This document shows, piece after piece, positions 19,831 through 28,769 of a DNA stretch of 54,575 bases (its first letter is position 1; each line of letters opens with the position of its first letter). Under the pieces are notes generated by a model. That model worked only from the letters and a program-made list of their open reading frames with translations. It did no database searches and was not told the DNA's origin. The position numbers and the translations under genes are program-made. Source of the stretch: Sphingomonas sp. (GTDB lineage Bacteria > Pseudomonadota > Alphaproteobacteria > Sphingomonadales > Sphingomonadaceae); the NCBI GenBank assembly GCA_031412595.1, contig JANODH010000182.1, positions 1-54,575 of the forward strand. The letters run 5' to 3'.

Positions 19831-21042
19831 GTGACTGCGTTTCAATACCGAACGATAATGCCGGACGGAACGTCGCGGCGCGGATCGATCACTGCAAACA
19901 ACTTGGAGCAAGCAGTCGATCAGGTCCGATCGTCAGGTGGCATTCTCGTTGATGTGCAGCCGATGCACGAGACGGCAAAGGCACGAAGTGCGCAGCCGAC
20001 TGGTGCTGCAAATGCCGCCTTTGCACTGCTGATCGGCGAGCTCGCTGTTCTATTGAAAGCCGGACTTCCGCTCGACCGCGCCTTGGGGCTGGCAATCGGC
20101 AATATCGAGCCCAGGGCTCTCGCCCAGCGTTTTGAGCCGTTGCTGCTCGCGGTTCGTGAAGGACAGCCCCTCTCGGGCGCCCTTGCACAAACGACCGACT
20201 TGGTAAGTCCTACAGCGATAGCCATGACCGAAGCCGGCGAGGCAAGCGGAACGCTCCCAGAAGCGTTGACCCGGCTTGCAGAAATGCTGGAACGCGCGGC
20301 CGAGCTTCGGCGGCTGGTCATCACGTCGCTGATATATCCGATTGCGCTGCTTGTCATAGCCGTCGGTGTCATCCTGCTGATGCTGCTTGTTGTCGTGCCG
20401 CAATTCGAATCGCTGATGGGCAAGAACACAGCCCAGCTGCCTGCCGCCTCGCAATGGGTATTGTGGGCGAGTGCGGCGCTGCGCGCGAATGGTTTGCTTG
20501 TCTTGTTCGCACTGATGGTCACGGGGTTTGCCGCGCGCTTCACGCTTGCGAGACCTGCGGCGCGCCAGGCGTTCGATCGGTTCGTACTTCGCGTTCCGCA
20601 ACTCGGGCCCCTCGTTCAGCGGCTTGATACGGCGCGCTTCGCCCGCACACTTGGTGCGCTTGTCGAAGGGCAAGTCTCGCTGCCCGTTGCCGTAACACTC
20701 GCGCAGCGCACAATCCGCAACAGACATATCAATGCCGCGATGTCGCGGATTGCAGACGGCATCCGCGAAGGTGACGGGCTGGCCGCGCCACTTGCTGCGG
20801 CCCGGATCATGCCTGATATTGCGATCGGCTTTGTGCGCACCGGCGAGGAATCGTCGCAACTTGGCATGATGCTCAGCCGTCTCGGCGATGTCCTCGATCG
20901 TGACGTGAAAGTTCGGCTGACGCGCGTAGTTGCAATCCTGACGCCACTTATCACCGTCATCCTCGGCGCCACTGTTGCGGGTATCATCGCGGCCATCATG
21001 TCAGCCATTCTTGGCTTTAACGACTTGGCGATCGCTCAGTGA
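19831..21042 (+). CDS. gspF: Type II secretion inner-membrane platform protein GspF
   Basis: LLKAGLPLDRAL, AGEASGTL, SLIYPIAL, VVPQF, GEESSQLG repeated T2SSF domains. Confidence 0.93.
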   Translation: MTAFQYRTIMPDGTSRRGSITANNLEQAVDQVRSSGGILVDVQPMHETAKARSAQPTGAANAAFALLIGELAVLLKAGLPLDRALGLAIGNIEPRALAQRFEPLLLAVREGQPLSGALAQTTDLVSPTAIAMTEAGEASGTLPEALTRLAEMLERAAELRRLVITSLIYPIALLVIAVGVILLMLLVVVPQFESLMGKNTAQLPAASQWVLWASAALRANGLLVLFALMVTGFAARFTLARPAARQAFDRFVLRVPQLGPLVQRLDTARFARTLGALVEGQVSLPVAVTLAQRTIRNRHINAAMSRIADGIREGDGLAAPLAAARIMPDIAIGFVRTGEESSQLGMMLSRLGDVLDRDVKVRLTRVVAILTPLITVILGATVAGIIAAIMSAILGFNDLAIAQ

Positions 21043-21452
21043 AACGCCCGTTAGCCAAAGGATTCACCCTTCTCGAATTGCTCGTTGTCATCGCCACTGC
21101 GGGCTTGATCGCGGCGATCGGCTTTCCTGCAATTGACAAATCGATCAGGTCTCGTGCGTTCAACACGGCAGCGGTGCAGGTCGAACTGGCGGTTCGCGAG
21201 GCGCAGGCAACAGCAATTCGCGAAAACCGGACTGTCAGGTTGGCACCATTCGTCAAAGCTGATCCGCGCACGGAAGTGGCATTGTCGCGTGGTGCCTTTC
21301 CAGTCGACGTCGATATTGAGCAGCCGGCCGCGCTCCGCTTCTTTCGTGACGGAACGTCGACCGGCGGGACCATTTTCATGGCGTCGCACTCGCTTCGTTT
21401 CAGCGTGACGATCGATCCGCTGACCGGCATCATCACGTCGAGGTGGACATGA
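21039..21452 (+). CDS. gspH: Minor pseudopilin GspH-like
   Basis: KG|FTLLELLVV prepilin motif; FFRDGTSTGG and IDPLTG typical of GspH/FimT; lacks the GspG DPWG motif. Confidence 0.8.
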   Translation: MKRPLAKGFTLLELLVVIATAGLIAAIGFPAIDKSIRSRAFNTAAVQVELAVREAQATAIRENRTVRLAPFVKADPRTEVALSRGAFPVDVDIEQPAALRFFRDGTSTGGTIFMASHSLRFSVTIDPLTGIITSRWT

Positions 21453-21826
21453 CTTGCCATCGCCGCCGGGAAGAGACCGGTTTCGGCCTGATCGAGACGC
21501 TGATTGCGCTGACAATCATTGCAGCGATCATGGGCGTAACTTTCCAGTCGTTAACGTCCAATGCCCGCGCTGCTCAGGGCATGATAGACCGCCGGATGGC
21601 AGTCCTCGTCGCCAAATCGGCGCTCGATGGTGCGATCGGTGCAAATGCGGCAAGCAACGCGCGGCAGGGCGGCATTTCGGGAACGTTACGCTGGCAAGTC
21701 GGCGTGCAGCCCTATTTGCCGCGCAGCGGAACCGCGCCCGCGCTCGACCTTGTCATTGTCACCGTCATCCGGGCTGACACCAACCGACCTGTGCTGCAAC
21801 TGCGCTCGCTAAGGCTTGGGCGCTGA
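21449..21826 (+). CDS. gspI: Minor pseudopilin GspI-like
   Basis: TG|FGLIETLIAL prepilin motif; ATGA overlap with the gspH stop. Confidence 0.8.
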   Translation: MTCHRRREETGFGLIETLIALTIIAAIMGVTFQSLTSNARAAQGMIDRRMAVLVAKSALDGAIGANAASNARQGGISGTLRWQVGVQPYLPRSGTAPALDLVIVTVIRADTNRPVLQLRSLRLGR

Positions 21827-21828
21827 TT

Positions 21829-22512
21829 GTGGCCATCCCCCCCGCTGTTTACCACCGCGATCGCGGCTTCACGCTCATTGAAATGCTGGTCAGCCTCGCC
21901 TTGCTTGGTATGGTGGCCGCTCTGTTGCTCAATGGCCTTCGCACCACCAGCATGTTCGGTCAGCGCAGTGCACGACAATTCGGAGCTGATGAGACCGTCA
22001 TTGCCGCACAGCGCGTGTTGCGCGACCGCATCGAACAGTTGCGGCCGATTGTCGATCCCGACAGTGCAGTCGCGCTGGTGGATGCTGTTGGCGATCAAAA
22101 GATGTTTACCTTTCAATCTGTTCCGCTGGCGCGAAGCGAGCCCGACAGTCTCTGGCGCTACCGCATAATTCTGACACCCGCTGGTGATCTGACGCTGCTC
22201 ACGGCAAATAGCCTTGATGACCGCCACGATTTCATGATGCCGGGATCGAAGGGATGGCAACCAATGACATTGCTCAAAAATGTCCAGTCGTTCGAAATCA
22301 ATTATTTCGGCGCGCGCCAGACGGGATTGGGCACGTCATGGCAAATCAACTGGTTTCAACGACCGCAGCCGCCTGCACTTGTTCGCCTGCGCGTCGCGTT
22401 CAGAGTTGGCGACCGTCGGGTCTGGCCTGATTTGATTGTCCGGCCACGTGCAACGGACAACACTGCATGCAGGATTGACGTGCTCACCGGCCGGTGCGGG
22501 GCAGCTTCGTGA
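21829..22512 (+). CDS. gspJ: Minor pseudopilin GspJ-like
   Basis: RG|FTLIEMLVSL motif; C-terminal FEINYFG...W...PPALVRLRV...WP. Confidence 0.85.
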   Translation: MAIPPAVYHRDRGFTLIEMLVSLALLGMVAALLLNGLRTTSMFGQRSARQFGADETVIAAQRVLRDRIEQLRPIVDPDSAVALVDAVGDQKMFTFQSVPLARSEPDSLWRYRIILTPAGDLTLLTANSLDDRHDFMMPGSKGWQPMTLLKNVQSFEINYFGARQTGLGTSWQINWFQRPQPPALVRLRVAFRVGDRRVWPDLIVRPRATDNTACRIDVLTGRCGAAS

Positions 22513-23525
22513 CGCTCAACGAGCTGCTGAACAGTGACCTCACGACGCTGAGGCAGGAAGCGCAGCGGGGGCTCGATTGGTGGATCGAAGAACTAGCGGC
22601 ACTGGTGCCGCCGGCGCTCCAGCGCTTCGGCCAGCAAAACCGGCAGGTGCTAACTCTCGACGGAAACGTGTGGCATAATGCCGCAACCGGGGATGCACTT
22701 GATCGCGCCCCGAGCAACGATGCGATTATTGGCGTCAGTGATAACCAGGTCCTTGTGCGCGAAGTCACGGTGCCACCGATGTCCGGCAGCGAGGTGAACC
22801 GCATGCTTGCACTCGACGCCGGTCGTTATTTCCCTATGCCACCAGACGCCGTATTAATTTCAGCAAATCGCCGTCGCCCGCTGACTGATGAAGGCTTGAT
22901 GACAGTGGATGTCGCAGCACTGCCGATGACGCAGGCGACGGCAATTGCCGCGGCAATTGCGGCAACAAGTCTCACACCGGCCGCGGTACGCCTGGTACAC
23001 AATGGGCGCATGGATCCGCGCTTCGATTTTCTCCCGCTGATGCGACGTGTCGGGCTGCTCGGGTCGCATCGTCCGCGGCGTGCATATTGGTGGGCCTTGG
23101 TTGCCGCACTCGCGCTGCTCAACATTGCAATGCTATTCTGGCGCGACACGGCTGATATCGAGCGGCTGCAGGCGCTTGTCGATAGCCAGCGGCCGGCTGT
23201 AACAGTTGCGCAGCGCATCACGGCGCAGATGCAAGCGATGAACGCACGCGCGCAACACGCCCTGCTGCAGCGTCAACAGCGCGAACCACTGTCGACGCTG
23301 GCCGCGATCACACAGGCTGTTCCCGATGGAGCGTGGGTCCAGCGCTACGCTTGGGACGGCGCAACACTCCGACTAACGGGCTACCGTTCTCGCGATACCG
23401 ATGTCGCAAGTGCGCTCCGCAAGCTTCCAGGGTTTTCCAACATCAAAAGCGCGCAGACCGACTCGATCGCCGAGACCGCGACCGGGCAGCCCTTCGACCT
23501 GGTTGCTGAAATCGAGCAACGCTGA
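22509..23525 (+). CDS. gspL: GspL-like / PilN-domain protein
   Basis: WWIEELAALVP, single TM, TQAVPDGAWVQ, LRLTGY, FSNIK; GTGA overlap with gspJ. Confidence 0.78.
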   Translation: MTLNELLNSDLTTLRQEAQRGLDWWIEELAALVPPALQRFGQQNRQVLTLDGNVWHNAATGDALDRAPSNDAIIGVSDNQVLVREVTVPPMSGSEVNRMLALDAGRYFPMPPDAVLISANRRRPLTDEGLMTVDVAALPMTQATAIAAAIAATSLTPAAVRLVHNGRMDPRFDFLPLMRRVGLLGSHRPRRAYWWALVAALALLNIAMLFWRDTADIERLQALVDSQRPAVTVAQRITAQMQAMNARAQHALLQRQQREPLSTLAAITQAVPDGAWVQRYAWDGATLRLTGYRSRDTDVASALRKLPGFSNIKSAQTDSIAETATGQPFDLVAEIEQR

Positions 23526-24082
23526 TGGCAGCGCGCAACCTCACACTGCGCGAGCGCAGACTTTTCGCGATCTTCATTCTTATCGTCGTCGTTGCACTGA
23601 TCTGGCTGACCATCATTGGTCCGATCGTTTCCGGTTTCAGTGATCGCGCCGCGCAGCGCGCAGTGCTGACCCGACAGTATCAGGCCAACCAGCGCATCGT
23701 TGGCTCAATCCAACGGCTGCGGCGGCAGGCCGAGCAACAGCGTGACCAGGTTCGCAACCTTGTCATGACCGCGCCGACCGAGGCAGCTGCGCTTGCGGAT
23801 CTGCAAGACCGTGTCCAGAGGACGATCGAAAGCGCCGGCGCTGAAATCCGCGCGGTCGACGACGCGGCGGGTGACGAAACGGCAATTCGAACGCGCGCTT
23901 CTGCCCGCATGACTCTGGACCAGTTGACCACGGTGCTAACACGGCTCGAAAATGAACCGCCCTATCTTATGGTCGAGTCGCTTGATATTTCTGCGGAGCA
24001 GGCTGTGACTAGCGGTCGCCTGGACTTGATGGAGGTTGCGTTTGACGTATCGGTTCCCGTTATCCTTTCCCAGTCGCGCTGA
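23525..24082 (+). CDS. gspM: GspM-like protein
   Basis: LTLRERR N-terminus, TM helix, coiled coil, LENEPPYLMVESLDI. Confidence 0.8.
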   Translation: MAARNLTLRERRLFAIFILIVVVALIWLTIIGPIVSGFSDRAAQRAVLTRQYQANQRIVGSIQRLRRQAEQQRDQVRNLVMTAPTEAAALADLQDRVQRTIESAGAEIRAVDDAAGDETAIRTRASARMTLDQLTTVLTRLENEPPYLMVESLDISAEQAVTSGRLDLMEVAFDVSVPVILSQSR

Positions 24083-24089
24083 GGGCACA

Positions 24090-24551
24090 ATGCTGCCGAG
24101 CATTCTGGCAAGCTTGCTTGCCATCGGAATCGCGATTCAGCTCGTCTCAGCCAAGCGCGAGCCCGACTTGCCGCCAGTGCTTGCCATCAGCACAAATCGT
24201 GTCAGCTTCGACATGCCGGCCGTTGCGCCGGTCAGCGTTGCCCCCGTTATCTTCGCCCGGCCACTGTTTGCGCCGCGCCAATCGCTTATCGCTGGCCCCA
24301 GCGCTCAGACGCTACCGCTCGGCGGCGCTTTGGTTGCAGGGACAGTCGCTGTTCGCGGGCGCGCCTTTGCCGTTGTCCGGCGTGCCAACGGCACAGTGTC
24401 AAACATTCCAATCGGCGGTGCAGTCGATGGCTGGCGACTGGTCGCGCTCAATCCCGAAAGTGGGATCTTCGTCAAGAACAACGTTCGACAGCAGATCGCT
24501 TACGGCGCGACGCCAGTGGCAGCGCGTGAAGACGGTGCGCCCGCCGAATGA
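24090..24551 (+). CDS. GspC/GspN-like T2SS accessory protein
   Basis: TM helix, RPLFAPR, IGGAVDGWRLVAL (GspC HR-domain-like); RBS GAGGG before ATG 24090. Confidence 0.65.
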   Translation: MLPSILASLLAIGIAIQLVSAKREPDLPPVLAISTNRVSFDMPAVAPVSVAPVIFARPLFAPRQSLIAGPSAQTLPLGGALVAGTVAVRGRAFAVVRRANGTVSNIPIGGAVDGWRLVALNPESGIFVKNNVRQQIAYGATPVAAREDGAPAE

Positions 24552-25423
24552 ATCGTGGCGGCAGTTTAACGGTGCAAGTTCGTCCTGCCGCCGAAGCTGG
24601 ATACGCCCTCGTTGCTGCCGTGGCGGCCATTTTATTTTTTGCAACTGTCGCTTTGGCAGCGCTGACGCTGACCCGGCGTGTCATCGTGACCGGCGCCGCT
24701 GAAGTCGAATCAGCGCGCGCCAGTGCGGCTGCGGAGGCCGGGATCGCGCTTGCATTGCGCGGCCTCTTGGCGACCGAAGCGACGAACGCTTTTCCTGTTG
24801 ACGGCACGCCGCGTCGACTTATTTTCGATGGCAGCAGCCTAGAGATTGTCGTGCGCGACGAGCGCGGAAAGGTGCCACTCAATCTTATCGACGAGACGCA
24901 ACTGGTGGCGCTGCTCGAATATGCCGGCTTGTCTGGCGAGCCACTTCAGGTTGCACGCCATTCGTTTCTTGACTGGATCGACGATGACGATGAGGCCCGA
25001 ACGCGGGGGGCCGAACGTGCTTTTTATCGCAAAGAAGGTTTAGCCCCCCGCAATGCGCCATTGCAGACATTACGCGAACTCGGCCGTATTCGTGGCTTTC
25101 CACCCGATGTTTTTGCTAAAATTGCTTCGATTGCCACAACCGACTTCGGCAATGGCACGTTCGACTTGCAGACGGCTACACCTGCTGCAATCGCGATCAT
25201 GTATCCAGCGGGCGATGCCGCCGTCGATGAGATCATACGTAGTCGTCAAGGAAATGGGCAAGTCACTTCGCTAAACTTTGCCGACCGAGCGAGCCGAGTG
25301 GCGCGTCCCTTCACGATTTCGGCTACGGCAACCGATCCCTCGGGTGCAGTGGCCACTCGGAGCTGCGTGGTCGAGTTGACCGGTGCGATCCGTCGGCCCT
25401 ATCTAATCCGGTACTGCGCGTAA
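24548..25423 (+). CDS. gspK: Minor pseudopilin GspK
   Basis: AG|YALVAAV prepilin without Glu5, DERGKVPLN, LDWIDDDD, GAE, PRNAPL...ELGRIRGF. Confidence 0.9.
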   Translation: MNRGGSLTVQVRPAAEAGYALVAAVAAILFFATVALAALTLTRRVIVTGAAEVESARASAAAEAGIALALRGLLATEATNAFPVDGTPRRLIFDGSSLEIVVRDERGKVPLNLIDETQLVALLEYAGLSGEPLQVARHSFLDWIDDDDEARTRGAERAFYRKEGLAPRNAPLQTLRELGRIRGFPPDVFAKIASIATTDFGNGTFDLQTATPAAIAIMYPAGDAAVDEIIRSRQGNGQVTSLNFADRASRVARPFTISATATDPSGAVATRSCVVELTGAIRRPYLIRYCA

Positions 25424-25584
25424 GGTTCTTGCGACATCGGAGCGGCAAATCAAATTGAACATTGCACCTGTTTACGTAATCACAACGACGCGTGCGTTAA
25501 TGTCGCGGCTGCTATTATGTTGCACAGCGATGACTATCATGTCACTTTATACCGGACATAGTGTCGTTTTTTAGGTCGAAAGAA

Positions 25585-25788
25585 ATGCGCAATCATAAAA
25601 ATTTGCGTGACATAGGCGATGTCGACATGCCGTCGCATGACAGTGATGTCAGAGAGGATTTTGCAGTGTCGCGTTTACCACACGCCATTATTGCGACTGA
25701 TCAGCGACCTATTTCGATGGCTGGATGGGTGGTAAGTATTTCAATAGGGGCAATAATTTGGACTGCACTTTTGGCGTTTGCGTTTTAA
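25585..25788 (+). CDS. Small hypothetical membrane protein
   Basis: C-terminal hydrophobic helix GWVVSISIGAIIWTALLAFAF; fills an otherwise empty gap; start uncertain. Confidence 0.4.
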   Translation: MRNHKNLRDIGDVDMPSHDSDVREDFAVSRLPHAIIATDQRPISMAGWVVSISIGAIIWTALLAFAF

Positions 25789-25819
25789 TCTTATGACGGC
25801 CCTTTGAAAGTCTTGCTTA

Positions 25820-26587
25820 TCAGTAAGAGCCCTTAGCCCAAAGGACGGCCGGGCCTGTCCGCAGTAAGATTGCCATATCGAGCAAGACAGATTTGTTTCG
25901 GACGTAGTAACAATCGATACTAACACGTCGGCGGTAAGTAACGTTGTTTCGACCGCTGACTTGCCACAGGCCGGTTAACCCCGGTCGTACTGCACAATAG
26001 ACATCGAAATATCCGCCATAGCGCGAGATTTCTGCCGCAACGATCGGGCGCGGTCCCACTAAGCTCATCTCGCCTTTGAGGATATTGATCAGTTGCGGAA
26101 ATTCATCAAGACTGAACTTACGGACGAGCGCACCGAGCCTTGTGATCCGAGGATCGGCGCGAAGCTTCTGGTCACGCGCCCACTCGAGTCGTGCTGCACT
26201 TGAATTGAGCAAATGCTGCTGGAGCGCGGCGTCGGCGTTTTTGCACATCGTGCGGAACTTGATGCACGAAAACTCTCGCCCGCCCCGACCGATCCGACGC
26301 TGCACGAAGAACAATGGCCCCGGGCTGTCAAAAACAAGTGCGCATGCGAGCAGGCATAGGAAGGGAAATGCAACGACGAGAATCAGCAATGCGCCAATGA
26401 TGTCAATTGCACGCGACAGTCGCGCCATCGATATCGACGACTTCGATAACCACGGGTTGCTACGGAAATTATTCATCCAGCGATCAAGCAATTGTCTGCG
26501 ATCATGGTCGTGCGCCGGCTGAGAACTAGGTTCGACATCGCCTTCGATGTCCGGCATATCGTAAACCGATTGACCGACGAGCGTCAT
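25820..26587 (-). CDS. Priming sugar transferase (Bac_transf; ExoY/WbaP C-terminal type)
   Basis: DSPGPLFF, KFRTM, DPRITRLG, SLDEFPQLINILKGEMSLVGPRP, RPGLTGLWQVSGRN; start uncertain. Confidence 0.92.
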   Translation of the reverse strand: MTLVGQSVYDMPDIEGDVEPSSQPAHDHDRRQLLDRWMNNFRSNPWLSKSSISMARLSRAIDIIGALLILVVAFPFLCLLACALVFDSPGPLFFVQRRIGRGGREFSCIKFRTMCKNADAALQQHLLNSSAARLEWARDQKLRADPRITRLGALVRKFSLDEFPQLINILKGEMSLVGPRPIVAAEISRYGGYFDVYCAVRPGLTGLWQVSGRNNVTYRRRVSIDCYYVRNKSVLLDMAILLRTGPAVLWAKGSY

Positions 26588-26834
26588 CGAAGTCCCCAGA
26601 TTCAAAGTTGACGGCACCCCTGTTGGAACCGTTAACAAAATCTTTAAGAGGACTGTATGTCGTCAACGTGACAAAATACGATGGCGCCGCAAAACAATAT
26701 GCAGCCAATATTATGTCAGGTCAAATGTGCAAAAGACGCGTGCCGCCAGTTACTTAATGGCTGCTCAAACGGGGCGTCTGTTCTGCCCGGTTATCATAAA
26801 CAAAAAATAATGCTGCAGGGCAGCAAGTCACTGA

Positions 26835-27380
26835 TCAAAAATAGCGTTCACCGATTCGGACGGTGTCCCCGGGCCTAATCAGAAGCTTCGCGTCGAGCGG
26901 ATATGCTTGTTCGGCCTCCCCTTTTTCGCGGTGAATAAAAATGATCTTCTGGTTTGCACGATACGTAAAACCGCCCGCTTTTGCGACAAGGGCTAAGGCG
27001 GTTAGCCCTTCGGAATAAACAAACTCGCCCGGACGCGCGACTTCGCCCAGAACATAAACCGGCCTGAAATTCGTCACTTCAACCGAAACTCTGGGATTGC
27101 GGACGAATTCTGCACCGAGCCTCGACGCAACCTGATCACGCACTTCCGCCGTCGTTTTGTCCGCCACATTGATCGATCCGAGAAGCGGATAGGCAATCAC
27201 GCCTGTGCCATCCACCGCAAAATCACCACTAAGGCGCGGCTCGTCGAATACCGATATCCGCAAGCGATCTCCGGTTCCCAGCCGGTAAGTAAATGGCACC
27301 GATGCATCGACAGGCTGGAGCACCGTTGGCGCGCAGCCAGCACACAGCAACAAGAGGAAAAATGAAACGATCCGGATCAT
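26835..27380 (-). CDS. Short polysaccharide export (OPX/Wza-family) lipoprotein
   Basis: Lipobox CAG|C, YRLGTGDRLRISVF, VDGTGVIAYPLLG, VYVLGEVARPG, AGGFTYRAN, PGDTV. Confidence 0.9.
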   Translation of the reverse strand: MIRIVSFFLLLLCAGCAPTVLQPVDASVPFTYRLGTGDRLRISVFDEPRLSGDFAVDGTGVIAYPLLGSINVADKTTAEVRDQVASRLGAEFVRNPRVSVEVTNFRPVYVLGEVARPGEFVYSEGLTALALVAKAGGFTYRANQKIIFIHREKGEAEQAYPLDAKLLIRPGDTVRIGERYF

Positions 27381-27504
27381 GATAAAAATCTGCCTGGACA
27401 GGTGCGCGGTGTATAACTTTTAGCGCGAGATGTCAGAATAGTGCAACCAATGACGCGCATCGCTCTCTTCAGCGAAACGAGGCTTTGGTAATGGCTGGAC
27501 CGCA

Positions 27505-28188
27505 ATGATACAAATTGTGGCCGTGCTGGCGTGCCTCGTTTTTTTGATTACATCGGTCGCCGTCCGTGCAGACGTTTCTCCGACAGCTGCAATCGATGAA
27601 GCTGTTGATCGGCAGCGTGCGATCGGTTGCCTCGCTACAGCGATTGCCCATGAGGCGGGATACGAACCGCCCGAAGGGCAGCAAGCGGTTGCCGAAGTTA
27701 TTCTGAATCGCGTGCGCCACGCCGGCTATCCCAAATCGATATGTGGCGTCGTGTTCAGCGGCTCACATCGCCGGACGGGCTGCCAGTTCAGTTTCACCTG
27801 CGACGGGTCTTTGAAGCGACGTCTTTCGGAAGCAGTCACGGCAAACACGCAGCTTATCGCGGCGGCAGCTCTTGACGGATTAAATCCGTCACGGGTTCCC
27901 GGCGCGACGCACTACCATGCCGATTATGTGTCCCCCTATTGGGCGCCCAGCCTGATCCGGATTGCAAAAATCGGTGCCCATATTTTCTACCGTGGCGCAG
28001 GCGCGCGTGACGTAAAAAGCTCCGCGCGCGCTTATTCGCCAGTGGCGGAGCCGCTCATAGTCCGACCGGACGGGCTCGCTCCGGTGGTCGCACAGCCGGG
28101 GGAAACGTCGCAGCCCACGACAGGAGCAGCCACCTCGGCTCGATCCGCTGTCGCCTTTGCACCTTGGGGTTTGCCGCCCGGAAGATGA
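27505..28188 (+). CDS. Cell wall hydrolase (SleB / Hydrolase_2 family)
   Basis: CLATAIAHEAGYE, AVAEVILNRV, CGVVF, CQFSFTCDG, ATHYHADYVSPYWA, IGAHIFYR. Confidence 0.9.
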   Translation: MIQIVAVLACLVFLITSVAVRADVSPTAAIDEAVDRQRAIGCLATAIAHEAGYEPPEGQQAVAEVILNRVRHAGYPKSICGVVFSGSHRRTGCQFSFTCDGSLKRRLSEAVTANTQLIAAAALDGLNPSRVPGATHYHADYVSPYWAPSLIRIAKIGAHIFYRGAGARDVKSSARAYSPVAEPLIVRPDGLAPVVAQPGETSQPTTGAATSARSAVAFAPWGLPPGR

Positions 28189-28268
28189 CGACCCTGTGCA
28201 CGTTCGACACGATTGGCGCACAACACGTCACAAAAACTGGCCAAATCGTTGGGCTTACCAGCTTTGTA

Positions 28269-28343
28269 TGGTGGGCGTGGCAAGGATTGAACTTGCGACC
28301 CCTGCGATGTCAACACAGTGCTCTACCACTGAGCTACACGCCC
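28269..28343 (-). tRNA. tRNA-Val (GAC)
   Basis: GGGCGTGTAGCTCAGTGGTAGAGCACTGTGTTGACATCGCAGGGGTCGCAAGTTCAATCCTTGCCACGCCCACCA; cloverleaf, anticodon GAC, encoded CCA. Confidence 0.97.
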
Positions 28344-28391
28344 ACGCTGGGGACCCCCTAGCGGCCGGTTAACAGGCTGGCAAGCCGCTGA

Positions 28392-28769
28392 CTAAAGCTC
28401 ATTAGCGCTGGGCGTTGCAAATAAGCGGTCCACTTCCATTACGAGATCGCGGAGGTGGAAAGGCTTCGACAGGACTTTTGCTTGTGGCAAGGCTTGCCCC
28501 GCGCGCAGTGACACTGCTGAAAATCCAGTGATGAACATCACGCGCATGTCCGGCGCGACAATTGCTGCTTTTTGGGCAAGCTCGATACCATCCATTTCGG
28601 GCATCACGATGTCCGTCAAAAGCAAGTCGAAATTGCCGCCGTTTTCAATCAGCGGCAGCGCCGCCGTGCCGCGATCGACAGCAACGACGGTATAGCCGGA
28701 TCGTTCGAGCGCCCGGACCAGATAGGTGCGCATCGCGTCATCGTCCTCAGCAAGCAAAATGCGCGGCAT
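28392..28769 (-). CDS. cpdR: Single-domain response regulator CpdR
   Basis: RILLAEDD...DLLLTDIVMPEMDGIELA...MFITGFSAV...KVLSKPFHLRDLV; next to tRNA-Val. Confidence 0.92.
   Translation of the reverse strand: MPRILLAEDDDAMRTYLVRALERSGYTVVAVDRGTAALPLIENGGNFDLLLTDIVMPEMDGIELAQKAAIVAPDMRVMFITGFSAVSLRAGQALPQAKVLSKPFHLRDLVMEVDRLFATPSANEL

Noticed and set aside
21039-21452. Possible major pseudopilin GspG
   Set aside because: Lacks GspG motifs (YP...GL, DPWG.PY.Y); sequence fits GspH/FimT
26631-26647. CtrA-like TTAA pair upstream of the sugar transferase
   Set aside because: Spacing is 8 nt, or 7 with a mismatch, in AT-rich DNA; not distinguishable from chance by eye
28032-28372. Short ORFs spanning the tRNA
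   Set aside because: They overlap a clear tRNA-Val and have no protein features
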